From: Pirellulales bacterium | GTDB lineage: Bacteria > Planctomycetota > Planctomycetia > Pirellulales > Lacipirellulaceae | Assembly (NCBI GenBank): GCA_040902605.1 | Contig: JBBDWY010000040.1 | Span: 274 to 64,273 of the forward strand | Length of the DNA: 64,000 nt | Direction of reading: 5' to 3' | Shown: positions 44,101 through 52,218 of the stretch, one piece after another | How the letters are laid out: each line of letters begins with the position of its first letter | How positions within the stretch are numbered: position 1 is the stretch's first letter | Notes under the pieces: model-generated | The model's input: the letters and a program-made list of their open reading frames with translations, nothing else | Databases searched by the model: none | What the model was told of the DNA's origin: nothing | Translations under genes and position numbers: made by a program

Positions 44101-44329
44101 ATATGCGGTAATCACGCAAGAAGGTCGCGTCATCAGCGGAATCATGGCCCGACAAGCCCCGGATACGATTGTGCTGCGCGACTCGAGCGGCGCTGAGACG
44201 CGCTTGCGCCGGGACGAAATTGCGGAGATGAACCGCCAGACGGTCTCGATGATGCCCGAAGGCCTGGAGCGACATCTGACGCAAACAGAACTGCGAGATT
44301 TGCTGGCTTATCTGCAAAGCCTGCGATGA
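41114..44329 (+). CDS. PVC-type heme-binding CxxCH protein (beta-propeller dehydrogenase-like N-terminal region, HEAT repeats, C-terminal cytochrome c domain)
   Basis: The 1071-aa protein has central HEAT-like repeats (PVVRKRAERALG, AVRLAAAEALARVGN). The C-terminal block KVACSTCHRVGSDGGQIGPDLTTIG...MPEGL is typical of the planctomycete heme-binding domain. Confidence 0.85.
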   Translation: MKMPFGFTGIQCGVRRLMGPIIVCALFVGVGRSVWMAATAEPSSGGSLDRSSEPGLKRTSRTQTGRPQNPVLHVPTGFVVERVADDLEIRFPMFGAFADDGRLFVAESSGRDLHAELKAGARNSRIRVLDDVDGDGRFDTAQVFVDKLVCPMGLAWRDGKLYVADPPDVVVFTDDDADGRADERKVILSGFGHATNGSLHGLVFGPDGLLYMTMGSPDGYALKRADGTILEGDSGALIRSTPEGRNPEVLCRGFVNLIEVAFTARGDIIGTDNWFQQPAGGIRDALVHLVDGGLYPYLADTGTRYPMTGIQLPPVALYPAVAVSGLVCYEGRMFPDAMRGNLFTAQFNARKVVRHALVPSGSTFRTADEDFVTTDDPDFHPSDVVESADGSLIVIDTGSWYVQHCPTGRIRDVEAPGGIYRVRFAATPQMDDPWGKRIHLMGKTPEQLAELLNDPRPVVRKRAERALGSGGPACVRVLIAILERSASVTAKQHAIWALAANGDASAIEPLRKALDGTDANVVITAIRALASRGDYLSSTNLERLLIHRAPAVRLAAAEALARVGNPSAIPVLWEALGVESDPFVAHAVVHAAHRLADHTALQQALKHPNPKVQTAALRLLDQPPRPSDALDHAVVISRLDSRNTQLRRAAREILAGHPEWAGHAVDFLRALAAQPVLSEEDLTDLADLVLAFQDQKRVQEVVAAAVRNEGGKIPDERRAMLLGIISRSTLANVPRVWIDALVAAVESGPPEVRLAAVRCASVLRIRDLDDRLDRLANSPNELIELRREALRAIVSRRPTLGAEAFRLLLDDLSNDTDPLPRLAAGEVFGNTRLDRTQLAALLHLIQGDALITPSVLLPMLERSTTLQTAPIVLDYLEGAVGGGWRPPADRVENLFDALGEPERTRLESALQAATRNTTDGQTRLAKFIPLLERGNAARRRAVFLSNKVACSTCHRVGSDGGQIGPDLTTIGATRAGRDIIESIVFPSSTIAQEFEQYAVITQEGRVISGIMARQAPDTIVLRDSSGAETRLRRDEIAEMNRQTVSMMPEGLERHLTQTELRDLLAYLQSLR

Positions 44330-44338
44330 GGCGCAAAG

Positions 44339-45181
44339 TTATCGTTCAGCCGGAGGCGCATGATCCTTGTCGCTTGGGGCGTACACCCGTACGTAATCGA
44401 CTTTCATCCGCTGCGGCCAGATGGCGTCGTCCACGCCCTGCTGCCCGCCCCAGCTACCGCCCACCGCGATATTGAGTAGCAAATACATCTTGTTATCAAA
44501 CGGCCACGCTTCGTAGCCGCGATGTTCGTTCTTGAATGTGAAGTACACGTTGCCGTCAACCGATATTTTAACCCCGTCTTTGTCCCATTCGGCCGCATAG
44601 ACGTGAAAATTGTTTGAGCAGTCGCGCACCATGATGTTGGCTGTTTTCTGCGTGCCGACGCTGAAGTAGTATTTCTTACAGTGAATGGATGCGTGGATCT
44701 TTCCAGGTTCAAAGCCCACATGCTCCATGATGTCAATTTCACCATCGTCGGGCCAACGAAGCGGGGTGGTAGCGCCCAGCATCCAGACGGCGGGCCATGA
44801 GCCGCGACCTCTCGGCAAGGTAGCCCGCACTGCGATTTTGCCGTATTGCCACTCAGCTTTTCCTTTGGTGACCAGTCGCGCCGAGGTGAATTTCATGCCC
44901 TGCCACGGTTCTTTTCGCGCTTCAATGATGAGACTTCCGTTTTCCACCCTGGCATTTTCCAGCCTCTTTTCAGTATAAAACTGCAATTCCTGGTTGCCCC
45001 AACCTTGGCCGCCGACGTCGTAGTTCCATTTAGCGCTGTCGGGAAGGCCCGTGTAGTTGAATTCATCACTCCAAACTAATTTCAATTCTGTCTCGTTAGC
45101 GACGGCGCAGGTACTCAACAACACGAACGATTTCGCAAACCCGACCATGATCGTCAGCGCAGTGTATTTGCCAAAGCGCAT
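44339..45181 (-). CDS. GH16 beta-glucanase (laminarinase/lichenase-type)
   Basis: The GH16 catalytic motif EIDIMEHVG is present. The signal peptide is MRFGKYTALTIMVGFAKSFVLLSTCAVA. The ORF extends to 45250. The gene is AT-richer than its surroundings. Confidence 0.85.
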   Translation of the reverse strand: MRFGKYTALTIMVGFAKSFVLLSTCAVANETELKLVWSDEFNYTGLPDSAKWNYDVGGQGWGNQELQFYTEKRLENARVENGSLIIEARKEPWQGMKFTSARLVTKGKAEWQYGKIAVRATLPRGRGSWPAVWMLGATTPLRWPDDGEIDIMEHVGFEPGKIHASIHCKKYYFSVGTQKTANIMVRDCSNNFHVYAAEWDKDGVKISVDGNVYFTFKNEHRGYEAWPFDNKMYLLLNIAVGGSWGGQQGVDDAIWPQRMKVDYVRVYAPSDKDHAPPAER

Positions 45182-45430
45182 CGATAGGCGAGTGTTCAAC
45201 AACAGTTTTAATCCGCCCCACCACTCGTGCGGCGGTGGTTTCGAAGCCAACCGGAATTGCTTTTTCCTTGCCGCAGGCCGGCAGAATTGAGTTTAGACCG
45301 CGCGGCCTCAAAGCAACAACTTTTGTCGAAAGAAATGCGCAAAACTACAGTCAGCCAACAAGAAGCCCTATGAACCAACTGTTATAACGGATTGCGCGTT
45401 GGTACGAGGAAGCGCGGGGCGAAAAGGCCA

Positions 45431-46330
45431 ATGAATCACTGGGTTATCTGGACGCTGTTGACACTTCTTAGCTGGGGGATTTGGGCCGTTCTCTCCAAGT
45501 TGGTTGGCGGCGGCATCACCGACGCTCAAGTCCAAGTGATTTCAACGCTCGGCGTCCTACCGATCCTGGCTGCGCTCTTTACAATCAAGGACCCGGCCCC
45601 AGTCGGCAATCGTTCGCAAGGCATCTTGTTGGCGTTTGGATCAGGCATCGTGTCGTGCTTGGGCAATATCGCCTTTTATGACGTGCTGAGTCGTGGCGGC
45701 AAGGCGGCTGCCGTGATTCCTGTGACGGATCTGTATCCCGCGGTGACAGTGCTACTTGCGGTTCCGTTGTTGAAGGAGCGGTTAAATCGATTTCAGATAC
45801 TGGGAATTGGTCTGTCGCTTGGCGCGATCTATCTCTTCCACGTAGCACAGGAAGACAGTCTGCTTTCGACGTGGTTGTTCCTAGCGTTGATTCCCATCGT
45901 TTTGTGGGGTATTTGCGGATTGATGCAAAAGATGTCCACCGACCATATCTCGGGTCGATCGTCGGCCGTCTGGTTTCTGTTGGCATTTTTACCCGTTGCG
46001 GCGTTGATTGTGGTTTTCGATCCGCTTCCGAGCGGCATACCCTGGAAGACGTTGGGGATCGCCACTGCGGTTGGTTTCAGCCTGGCGCTCGGCAATCTTA
46101 CGATCCTGCTTGCATTTGCAAGCGGCGGGAAAGCGTCGATCATTGCGCCGCTCGCCGGACTTTATCCGATGGTCAGCATCCCGATTGCGATATTCGCGTT
46201 GGGAGAACGGATTGGCTGGCGTGAGTCGATGGGCATTGCAATGGCACTTGCGGCCGTCGTCATGCTGTCGTTCCAACCTGAGTTGAAGAGCTCGACGGTC
46301 CCACCTATCGAAGCGGAAGTTTTACCATGA
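45431..46330 (+). CDS. DMT/EamA-family membrane transporter (about 10 TM)
   Basis: The sequence is hydrophobic throughout, with two EamA-like halves. The ORF opens at 45392. Its stop overlaps the next ATG (ATGA). Confidence 0.75.
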   Translation: MNHWVIWTLLTLLSWGIWAVLSKLVGGGITDAQVQVISTLGVLPILAALFTIKDPAPVGNRSQGILLAFGSGIVSCLGNIAFYDVLSRGGKAAAVIPVTDLYPAVTVLLAVPLLKERLNRFQILGIGLSLGAIYLFHVAQEDSLLSTWLFLALIPIVLWGICGLMQKMSTDHISGRSSAVWFLLAFLPVAALIVVFDPLPSGIPWKTLGIATAVGFSLALGNLTILLAFASGGKASIIAPLAGLYPMVSIPIAIFALGERIGWRESMGIAMALAAVVMLSFQPELKSSTVPPIEAEVLP

Positions 46331-47265
46331 AAGCGATCGCCGAATTGCTCGAGCAAGGCCCTGTCATCGGCGACGGCGGCTACCTCATTGAACTGGAACG
46401 TCGGGGCTATGTGGATAGCGGGTCGGGGCGCGAGCAGGTCGGCACCGGTCGCGGCAGCGGCCAGTTCACTCCCGAGGTTGCCATCGAACATCCGGACGCG
46501 TTGCGGGAGCTGCATCGTGAGTTTCTGGATGCGGGGTCGCACGTGCTCCAAGCGCTCACATTCTTTGGCACGCGCGAAAAGCTTGGCCGCGCTGGCTATG
46601 AGAAGCAGATCGAGGAGATCAATTTCGCCGCCGTGAAATTGGCGAAGGAAGTCGCCGGCCAGCGGGCGCTCGTGGCGGGCAGCGTGTCGCGGACGCAGCT
46701 CGTTGAGCGCGAAGGGGCCGGCGCGCTCGCCAAAGCGCGAGACCATATCGCTGAGCAAATTCGCTTGCTCAAAGAAGCCGGCATCGATTTCCTGATTCTG
46801 GAAACATTTTTTCACCTGGCGGAGATGAAGGTGGCGCTCGAGGCCGCCGCCGAAAGCGGATTGCCTGCCATTGCCACGATGAGTTTTCGCCCTTTGGTCA
46901 CGCAATGCAGCGACGGCTATAGTCCCGCGGAATGTGCGCGCGTGATGGCGGATTTGGGCGCGATTGCCGTCGGGGCGAATTGCGAGCAAGATCCTTCCCG
47001 CATGCTGCCGCTGTTGCGCGAAATGCGGGGGGCAGTGGCTGTTCCCATTGCGGCACAGCCGGCGGCGTTCCGCACCACGGACGACTGCCACTCGTTCACC
47101 CGCCTGCGCGAATTCCCCGACGAACTGGAAACAATCCAAATCCCGCGGCGGGCGTTTGCCGACTTCGGCAGAATGGCGATGAGCGAGGGCATACGGTACG
47201 TCGGCGGCTGCTGTGGTTGCAATGCAGCCTACATTCGCTCGCTCGCGCAGGCCGCAAAAACATGA
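46327..47265 (+). CDS. Homocysteine S-methyltransferase-domain (BHMT/MmuM-like, Zn-dependent thiol methyltransferase) protein
   Basis: The N-terminus reads VIGDGGYLIELERRGY. The Zn-ligand positions are intact, with GANCEQDP and YVGGCCGCN. Confidence 0.8.
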   Translation: MKAIAELLEQGPVIGDGGYLIELERRGYVDSGSGREQVGTGRGSGQFTPEVAIEHPDALRELHREFLDAGSHVLQALTFFGTREKLGRAGYEKQIEEINFAAVKLAKEVAGQRALVAGSVSRTQLVEREGAGALAKARDHIAEQIRLLKEAGIDFLILETFFHLAEMKVALEAAAESGLPAIATMSFRPLVTQCSDGYSPAECARVMADLGAIAVGANCEQDPSRMLPLLREMRGAVAVPIAAQPAAFRTTDDCHSFTRLREFPDELETIQIPRRAFADFGRMAMSEGIRYVGGCCGCNAAYIRSLAQAAKT

Positions 47266-48200
47266 CCGCTTTCGATCATTCGCAGCATAACCACTGCGCG
47301 ATCGGCATTGACGTGGGCGGAACGAAATGTGCCGCCGGGCTGATTCTTTTCCCGCAGGGACGCGTGCTTGCGCGGCGGTCGCAACCTACGCGCCCGGAGC
47401 GCGGCGGTGATGCCGTGTTGACAGACATTGTCGATGTGACGCAATCCCTGCAACGGGAAGCGACCGAGCTCGGTGTCGAACCTGTTGCGATTGGTTTGGG
47501 AGTCGCGGAACTTGTAAGTGTCGACGGCGAGGTGCTCAGCGACGCGACGATCCGATGGAAAGGCACTTCGATTCGCGAGATTCTTGAAGCCAAGACGAAT
47601 CTGCCCGTAGCGTTGGACGCCGACGTGCGGGCCGCGGCGCGCGCGGAGGCGCAGCTTGGTGCCGGACGCCCATTTCGCTCCTTTTTATATGTCACGATTG
47701 GAACCGGCATTAGCGCCGGTTTTGTGCTGAACGGTACTCCTCATGCCGGCGCTCGTGGTCTGACGGGTACTTTTGCCAGCAGCCGCGGATTGATTCCGGG
47801 TGACGACGGCAAGTTGGCGTCCGGCCCGGCCTTGGAAGAGTTTGCTGCCGGGCCAGCTTTGGCCGCACGTTTCGCTGCGGCACGGGGAGACGTTGCCGTG
47901 AGCGCCGCCGAAGTCGTCGCGCTGGCTGAAGCGGGCGATTCACTCGCGCAATCTGTTGTCGCATCCGCCGGCCAGGCGGTGGGAGCGGCAATTGGAAATC
48001 TGATCAATGTACTGGACCCCGAGGCGGTTATCATCGGCGGCGGTCTTGGCATGACTGAAGGCTGTTATCGAACGTCGTTGGATTCGGCGCTGCGCGCGCA
48101 AGTCTGGTCCGATTTTCACCGTACAATTGCTGTAGTATCCGCCGAATTGGGAAACGACGCCGGATTTATCGGCGCCGCACTGGCGGCGGTGACGCGATAG
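47262..48200 (+). CDS. ROK-family sugar kinase
   Basis: The motif IGIDVGGTKCAAG and ROK glycine-rich blocks (VTIGTGISAG, IIGGGLG) are present. The ATG overlaps the preceding stop (ATGA). The ORF frame is open from 46932. Confidence 0.85.
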   Translation: MTAFDHSQHNHCAIGIDVGGTKCAAGLILFPQGRVLARRSQPTRPERGGDAVLTDIVDVTQSLQREATELGVEPVAIGLGVAELVSVDGEVLSDATIRWKGTSIREILEAKTNLPVALDADVRAAARAEAQLGAGRPFRSFLYVTIGTGISAGFVLNGTPHAGARGLTGTFASSRGLIPGDDGKLASGPALEEFAAGPALAARFAAARGDVAVSAAEVVALAEAGDSLAQSVVASAGQAVGAAIGNLINVLDPEAVIIGGGLGMTEGCYRTSLDSALRAQVWSDFHRTIAVVSAELGNDAGFIGAALAAVTR

Positions 48201-48217
48201 ATCTTCAAGGCGGAACT

Positions 48218-48931
48218 ATGTTAGAGCCGCTCGTCCTTGCAGATTACGAGGCATTAAGCCAACATGCGGCCCATTGGCTGGTGGCGCGACTGCGCGAGCA
48301 ACCCGCGGCGCTGTTGTGCCTCGCGGCAGGATCGACCCCGCTCCGCACGTACGAATTGCTTGCCCAGCGCGGCGCGGCCGAGCCGACGTTGTTCGAGCGA
48401 TGCCGACTCTTGAAACTTGACGAATGGGGCGGGCTCGAGCCGGACGATCCGGCGACGTGCGACGCGCAACTTCGTTCATCGCTCGTCAGCCCCTTGGGCT
48501 TGTCGGATCGCTACGTCGCTTTCGATAGCCAGCCACAGAATCTCGAGGCCGAATGCGAGCGAATCGCCGAATGGCTCAAGCGTAATGGGCCGATCGACAC
48601 GTGCGTGCTGGGGCTGGGCCTTAACGGTCACGTCGGATTCAACGAACCGGCGGATCTTCTCAGGCCCCATGCCCACGTCGCAACGTTGTCGGAATCATCG
48701 CTGACTCACGCGATGTTGCGGCGAAGCATGCGGCGGCCCACCTACGGACTTACCTTGGGGATGGCCGACCTGCTGCAGTCGCAGCACGTGTTGCTGCTGG
48801 TGAGCGGAGCTGCAAAAAGAGACGCGTTGAAACGCATGCTATCCGGCCAGATTACAACCGACTTCCCTGCGTCATTGTTGCAGCTACATCGCAACGTTTT
48901 GCTGATCTGCGACGCCGCGGCTGCAGAATAG
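48218..48931 (+). CDS. nagB: Glucosamine-6-phosphate deaminase/isomerase (NagB / 6-phosphogluconolactonase superfamily)
   Basis: The motifs LCLAAGSTPLRTY and LGLGLNGHVGFNEP (NagB-type FNEP) are present. Confidence 0.7.
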   Translation: MLEPLVLADYEALSQHAAHWLVARLREQPAALLCLAAGSTPLRTYELLAQRGAAEPTLFERCRLLKLDEWGGLEPDDPATCDAQLRSSLVSPLGLSDRYVAFDSQPQNLEAECERIAEWLKRNGPIDTCVLGLGLNGHVGFNEPADLLRPHAHVATLSESSLTHAMLRRSMRRPTYGLTLGMADLLQSQHVLLLVSGAAKRDALKRMLSGQITTDFPASLLQLHRNVLLICDAAAAE

Positions 48932-49340
48932 GGTGCACTCGCGACGTACAGCGAACTCGATTGATCGCATCCGCGTCAATAATTTCGTCGCGATTTCGCG
49001 AGCCGAGCGCATTAAAGACCACGACGTCGATATCGTAACTGATCGTATGCACCGACCCGTCGGCAAAGACGCCGTTGATTCCATTCGTGTGGGCCGAGCC
49101 AAAGTGAAAAACGTTGAAGCCAGCGAACGAAGTATTCGGGTCGTCGTCGAAATATCGGGCCAGGGTTCCAAAACCTTGGGGATCCGTATCCGGGATGGGC
49201 TGAAAACACGTCGAGCGCATGATGTCGGCATCGAAGCCGTCCGCCCAGCCGCGATCGTCTGATCTCACGAACGGGTTAAGAAAGTTTGAAAAGACGTACC
49301 GCCGGCGCCCCGTCCCAGCCGCAGACTTACTGGCTTTCAT
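48852..49340 (-). pseudogene. Orphan C-terminal fragment of a DUF1559 (H-X9-DG) protein lacking the prepilin N-terminus
   Basis: It carries FHFGSAHTNGINGVFADGSVHTISYDID, an H-X9-DG motif, but no N-terminal methylation/TM motif. It is about 160 aa against about 370 aa for the intact paralog at 22048-23166. Its 3' end runs 80 nt into the convergent nagB-like gene. Confidence 0.55.
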
Positions 49341-49411
49341 GGTACACGATATCTGAAAACTGGTGAGCGATCGTTTCCATCGGCTCGCGCATTTCTTTTG
49401 GCATTTTTTCG

Positions 49412-50575
49412 CTACAAGAAACGCTGATGCTGTCGACGGAACTCGCTGGGAGTCAATCCCAGGCTGCGGTGAAAAACGCGCGACAAAAGGTCTTGATGAC
49501 CAAATCCCGTAGCCCGACTAATTTCCGCGATCGATCGATCGGTTTCCACTAGCATCCGTTTGGCTTCTTCAATCCGCACGCGGCGAATCTCGGCGGCGGG
49601 GCTGCGACCAACAAGGCGGATGAAACGCTGCTCCAAAGCCCGGCGGGCGACCGCGAGCTCGTGCACGACATGCGACACGCGGATGTCTTCATGGGCGCGG
49701 CAGCGTATCAGCCGCAATGCGTCGCGGACCATCTCGTCGTCAATGGCCAGGATATCCGTTGAGTGGCGCACGACGATGCGCGTCGGCGGGAACAAGACGG
49801 GCCGCTTGCGCGGCTTCTTCCCGAGCATCATGCCCTCCAAAAGTCGTGCCGCCTCATAACCAATCTGCTCGGCCGGTTGGTCGATCGTTGACAGCGGGGG
49901 GCTTGAAATGTGTGACATCAGTTCATCGTAATCGCCCCCCAGCACCGCCACGTCATCCGGCACGCGAATCCCCGCATAATGGCACGCTTCGGTCACTTGG
50001 CGACCGCGCGCGGCGCTCCAGCACAACACGGCAACGGGCCGCGGAAGCTGCTCAATCCACTCGACCAGACTCGCCAAATGGGCGTTCCAGGCAATCGATT
50101 GTTGGTCCCCTCCCGGCGCCGGATAGTTGTGGCATTGATAATTCGCGGCCTGAATCGTTTGACCAAACGCTTCCGCCAATGGGTCCGGATAGCCGAGCAG
50201 GTGCAACGGCCCGCAATAGCCAAACTTTTCAAAGCCCGCCGAAAGAAAGTACTCGGCCGCCATCCTGCCCGTTGCCACGGGGTCGACTGTGCACCGTGCG
50301 ATGTTCTCGCCCGAAAACGGATACCAAGAGACGTTGATTGTCGGCAGACCGATGGCCGTAATCTCGTTGGCGAGCTCTTCGCGATTGATCCGCGCAATGA
50401 TCCCGTCCCCTTCCCAGCCTTCGGGAATATGGAACCGTTCGTATCGGCCCCAGGGCTCGACATGAATGAGCCAATTTCCGACCTCTTGCGCATGGCGACC
50501 GATCCCTTTAATCAAGCGCACGCCCCAGGACGTCGAAGTATCGATCAGCAGGCAAATGCGGCGACTTTGCATCAT
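49412..50575 (-). CDS. XylR-type regulator (periplasmic-binding-fold sensor + AraC-family HTH)
   Basis: The C-terminal AraC HTH includes IAEISRATGFGHQDLLSRVFHRSLGLTPSEFRR. The N-terminal domain is LacI/PBP1-like. Confidence 0.85.
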   Translation of the reverse strand: MMQSRRICLLIDTSTSWGVRLIKGIGRHAQEVGNWLIHVEPWGRYERFHIPEGWEGDGIIARINREELANEITAIGLPTINVSWYPFSGENIARCTVDPVATGRMAAEYFLSAGFEKFGYCGPLHLLGYPDPLAEAFGQTIQAANYQCHNYPAPGGDQQSIAWNAHLASLVEWIEQLPRPVAVLCWSAARGRQVTEACHYAGIRVPDDVAVLGGDYDELMSHISSPPLSTIDQPAEQIGYEAARLLEGMMLGKKPRKRPVLFPPTRIVVRHSTDILAIDDEMVRDALRLIRCRAHEDIRVSHVVHELAVARRALEQRFIRLVGRSPAAEIRRVRIEEAKRMLVETDRSIAEISRATGFGHQDLLSRVFHRSLGLTPSEFRRQHQRFL

Positions 50576-51120
50576 GCGTTCTTACCTCTCATACCTCAAC
50601 GCGCGGATTAACGGCGCCAACCGGTCGAGTAGCGGTTCCAATTCGTGATGGTAATTCTGCCAGCAGCCAATCGAGGTCGTAAAGATCGACCACGACACTG
50701 CCCACATGGCTCGTGTACCGTTTGCTGGACGCCGGCCTGGCTCGAGCGTAGGCGCAACGCCTTACTGAGCAGTGCTATGCTGCAGTGCGTCTGGTAACGT
50801 GGGCTCATAGCTCGCCAGCGTCGCTCAATTCATTCACATCGTTGCGCCCGCACGCGTCGTTTTCTTGAAACAAGCGACCGCCTGGTCGGGACCATTGGTC
50901 TTGCCAGAGCGATGTTGCTTGGCCAAGGATGGCGGCGGCCGGTGGCCCGTCGGAGGCTTATTGCGGGGTGCCATACGCTTTTCTCGGGCGGCGGACGCGC
51001 GACTTCACGGTCGCGAAAACAGTGGAAACCGCGTCATTTTTTTACGATAATCGAGTCCCGCCGGCCGCGTTATGACGTTCTACCGGCTGGGGTTCGTTTT
51101 TTGGCGGATTTCCTAAAAAA

Positions 51121-51174
51121 AGCAAAAGTTCTGCGCAGAAAATCATTGCAGTTTGCCAGTGTTTTAGCAAAAGT
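51121..51174. promoter_or_regulatory. Direct repeats flanking a perfect 12-bp palindrome upstream of the PEP-CTERM/sulfotransferase cluster
   Basis: AGCAAAAGT occurs at 51121-51129 and 51166-51174. The palindrome TTCTGCGCAGAA lies at 51129-51140. The surrounding tract is AT-rich and sits 100-150 nt upstream of ATG 51273. Confidence 0.45.
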
Positions 51175-51272
51175 GGTTTGTAGAGGTACGCGTCGGGGTC
51201 GCTCTTGCTACGGGGCGGCACCCTTTGGGATCGGGCTATCTGCTACGTTTCTAACGACGGGAGATTGGTCTA

Positions 51273-51971
51273 ATGAAGGTTACTAACTGGTTAAGTAAAT
51301 TCGAACGCCGTTCATCGCGGCGACGGGTATTGGCGTCTCTCGCGGCGGCGGGTGTGGCGGGCATGGGTTCGCTGGCCCAAGCCGACACGTCGACCACGCT
51401 TACCGGTTTGACGGCTCCCGGAAATGTGCCAGTCCCAATAAATCACGGGAGCAACGCCGAGGTCACGCTCACCTGGGACCAACTCGGCTGGGATCAATAC
51501 GGGACGCTGAACTATGCCGGCGGTTGGAATGGTCGCGGCAATGTCTACCAGATGGAATACAACACGCAGACGATCTTGTTCAATCCCGTATCCAACGCCA
51601 GTGTCACAATCGGTGAATTCTTCTTGGATGAATGGGCCGGCGGTACAAACACCTCGTCAACTTGGTCCGTCCGAACCCAAAATAACGTGATCGCATCCGG
51701 CACTTGGAATCTGAAGGATAACGTCAATGATCCAGGCGACGCGGGTGGCCGCGACCTCATCGTGGTCAATGCGGTGGGCCCGCCAGGTCGGTCGTTATTG
51801 CTGGAGTTTACGAATTTAGATTCAAACAATGGCGGCGGTTACGACTCCTACCTCGCCATGGATAATCTCGTGTTCAGTACCACAATCGTTCCGGAGCCGG
51901 CCACGGCCGTGATGGCCTGGATGGGCATCGGCGGGCTGGGCGCCATGGCGATGCGTCGGAAGCGGAAATAG
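51273..51971 (+). CDS. Secreted PEP-CTERM protein, unknown function
   Basis: The N-terminus has a Tat/Sec-like signal (SSRRRVLASLAAAGVAGMGSLAQA). The C-terminus is VPEPATAVMAWMGIGGLGAMAMRRKRK. Confidence 0.8.
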   Translation: MKVTNWLSKFERRSSRRRVLASLAAAGVAGMGSLAQADTSTTLTGLTAPGNVPVPINHGSNAEVTLTWDQLGWDQYGTLNYAGGWNGRGNVYQMEYNTQTILFNPVSNASVTIGEFFLDEWAGGTNTSSTWSVRTQNNVIASGTWNLKDNVNDPGDAGGRDLIVVNAVGPPGRSLLLEFTNLDSNNGGGYDSYLAMDNLVFSTTIVPEPATAVMAWMGIGGLGAMAMRRKRK

Positions 51972-52025
51972 GCCGGTCGCCGCGAGCGATTCGGTTCCGC
52001 AAGAAGTATTGAATCGGTCGACCGT

Positions 52026-52064
52026 GCGAGCGGGGAGCACATCTCCCCGCTCGCTTGCTTTATT
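52026..52064 (+). terminator. Rho-independent terminator after the PEP-CTERM gene
   Basis: A perfect 12-bp stem GCGAGCGGGGAG / CTCCCCGCTCGC encloses a 5-nt loop, and TTGCTTTATT follows. Confidence 0.75.
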
Positions 52065-52087
52065 GAGGTTCATGTATTGAATCGAAT

Positions 52088-52164
<77 letters not shown>

Positions 52165-52218
52165 GTCGTTTGTTTCGCAAGCTGTACCTCAATAGCAGGG
52201 TGCCCGCGACGTTGCCCC

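Noticed and set aside
46162-47139. A 325-aa minus-strand ORF antisense to the homocysteine-methyltransferase-like gene.
   Set aside because: Its composition is low-complexity and Arg-rich. The + strand ORF has intact Zn-site motifs and ATGA coupling on both sides.
46932-47261. A 110-codon upstream extension of the ROK kinase frame. Comparable extensions occur at xdhA (8975-9097), the first sulfotransferase (52090-52218) and the PEP-CTERM gene (25009-25098).
   Set aside because: The extensions overlap upstream genes, terminators or hairpins and are Arg/Gly-rich. Homologous N-termini or signal peptides begin at the internal starts.
50912-51286. A 124-aa + strand ORF in the long intergenic region, with the ORFs at 50608-50808 and 50865-51050.
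   Set aside because: It crosses a terminator-like hairpin and the AT-rich promoter tract. It has an Arg-rich composition and no motif, and it ends inside the start of the PEP-CTERM gene. I treat the region as non-coding.
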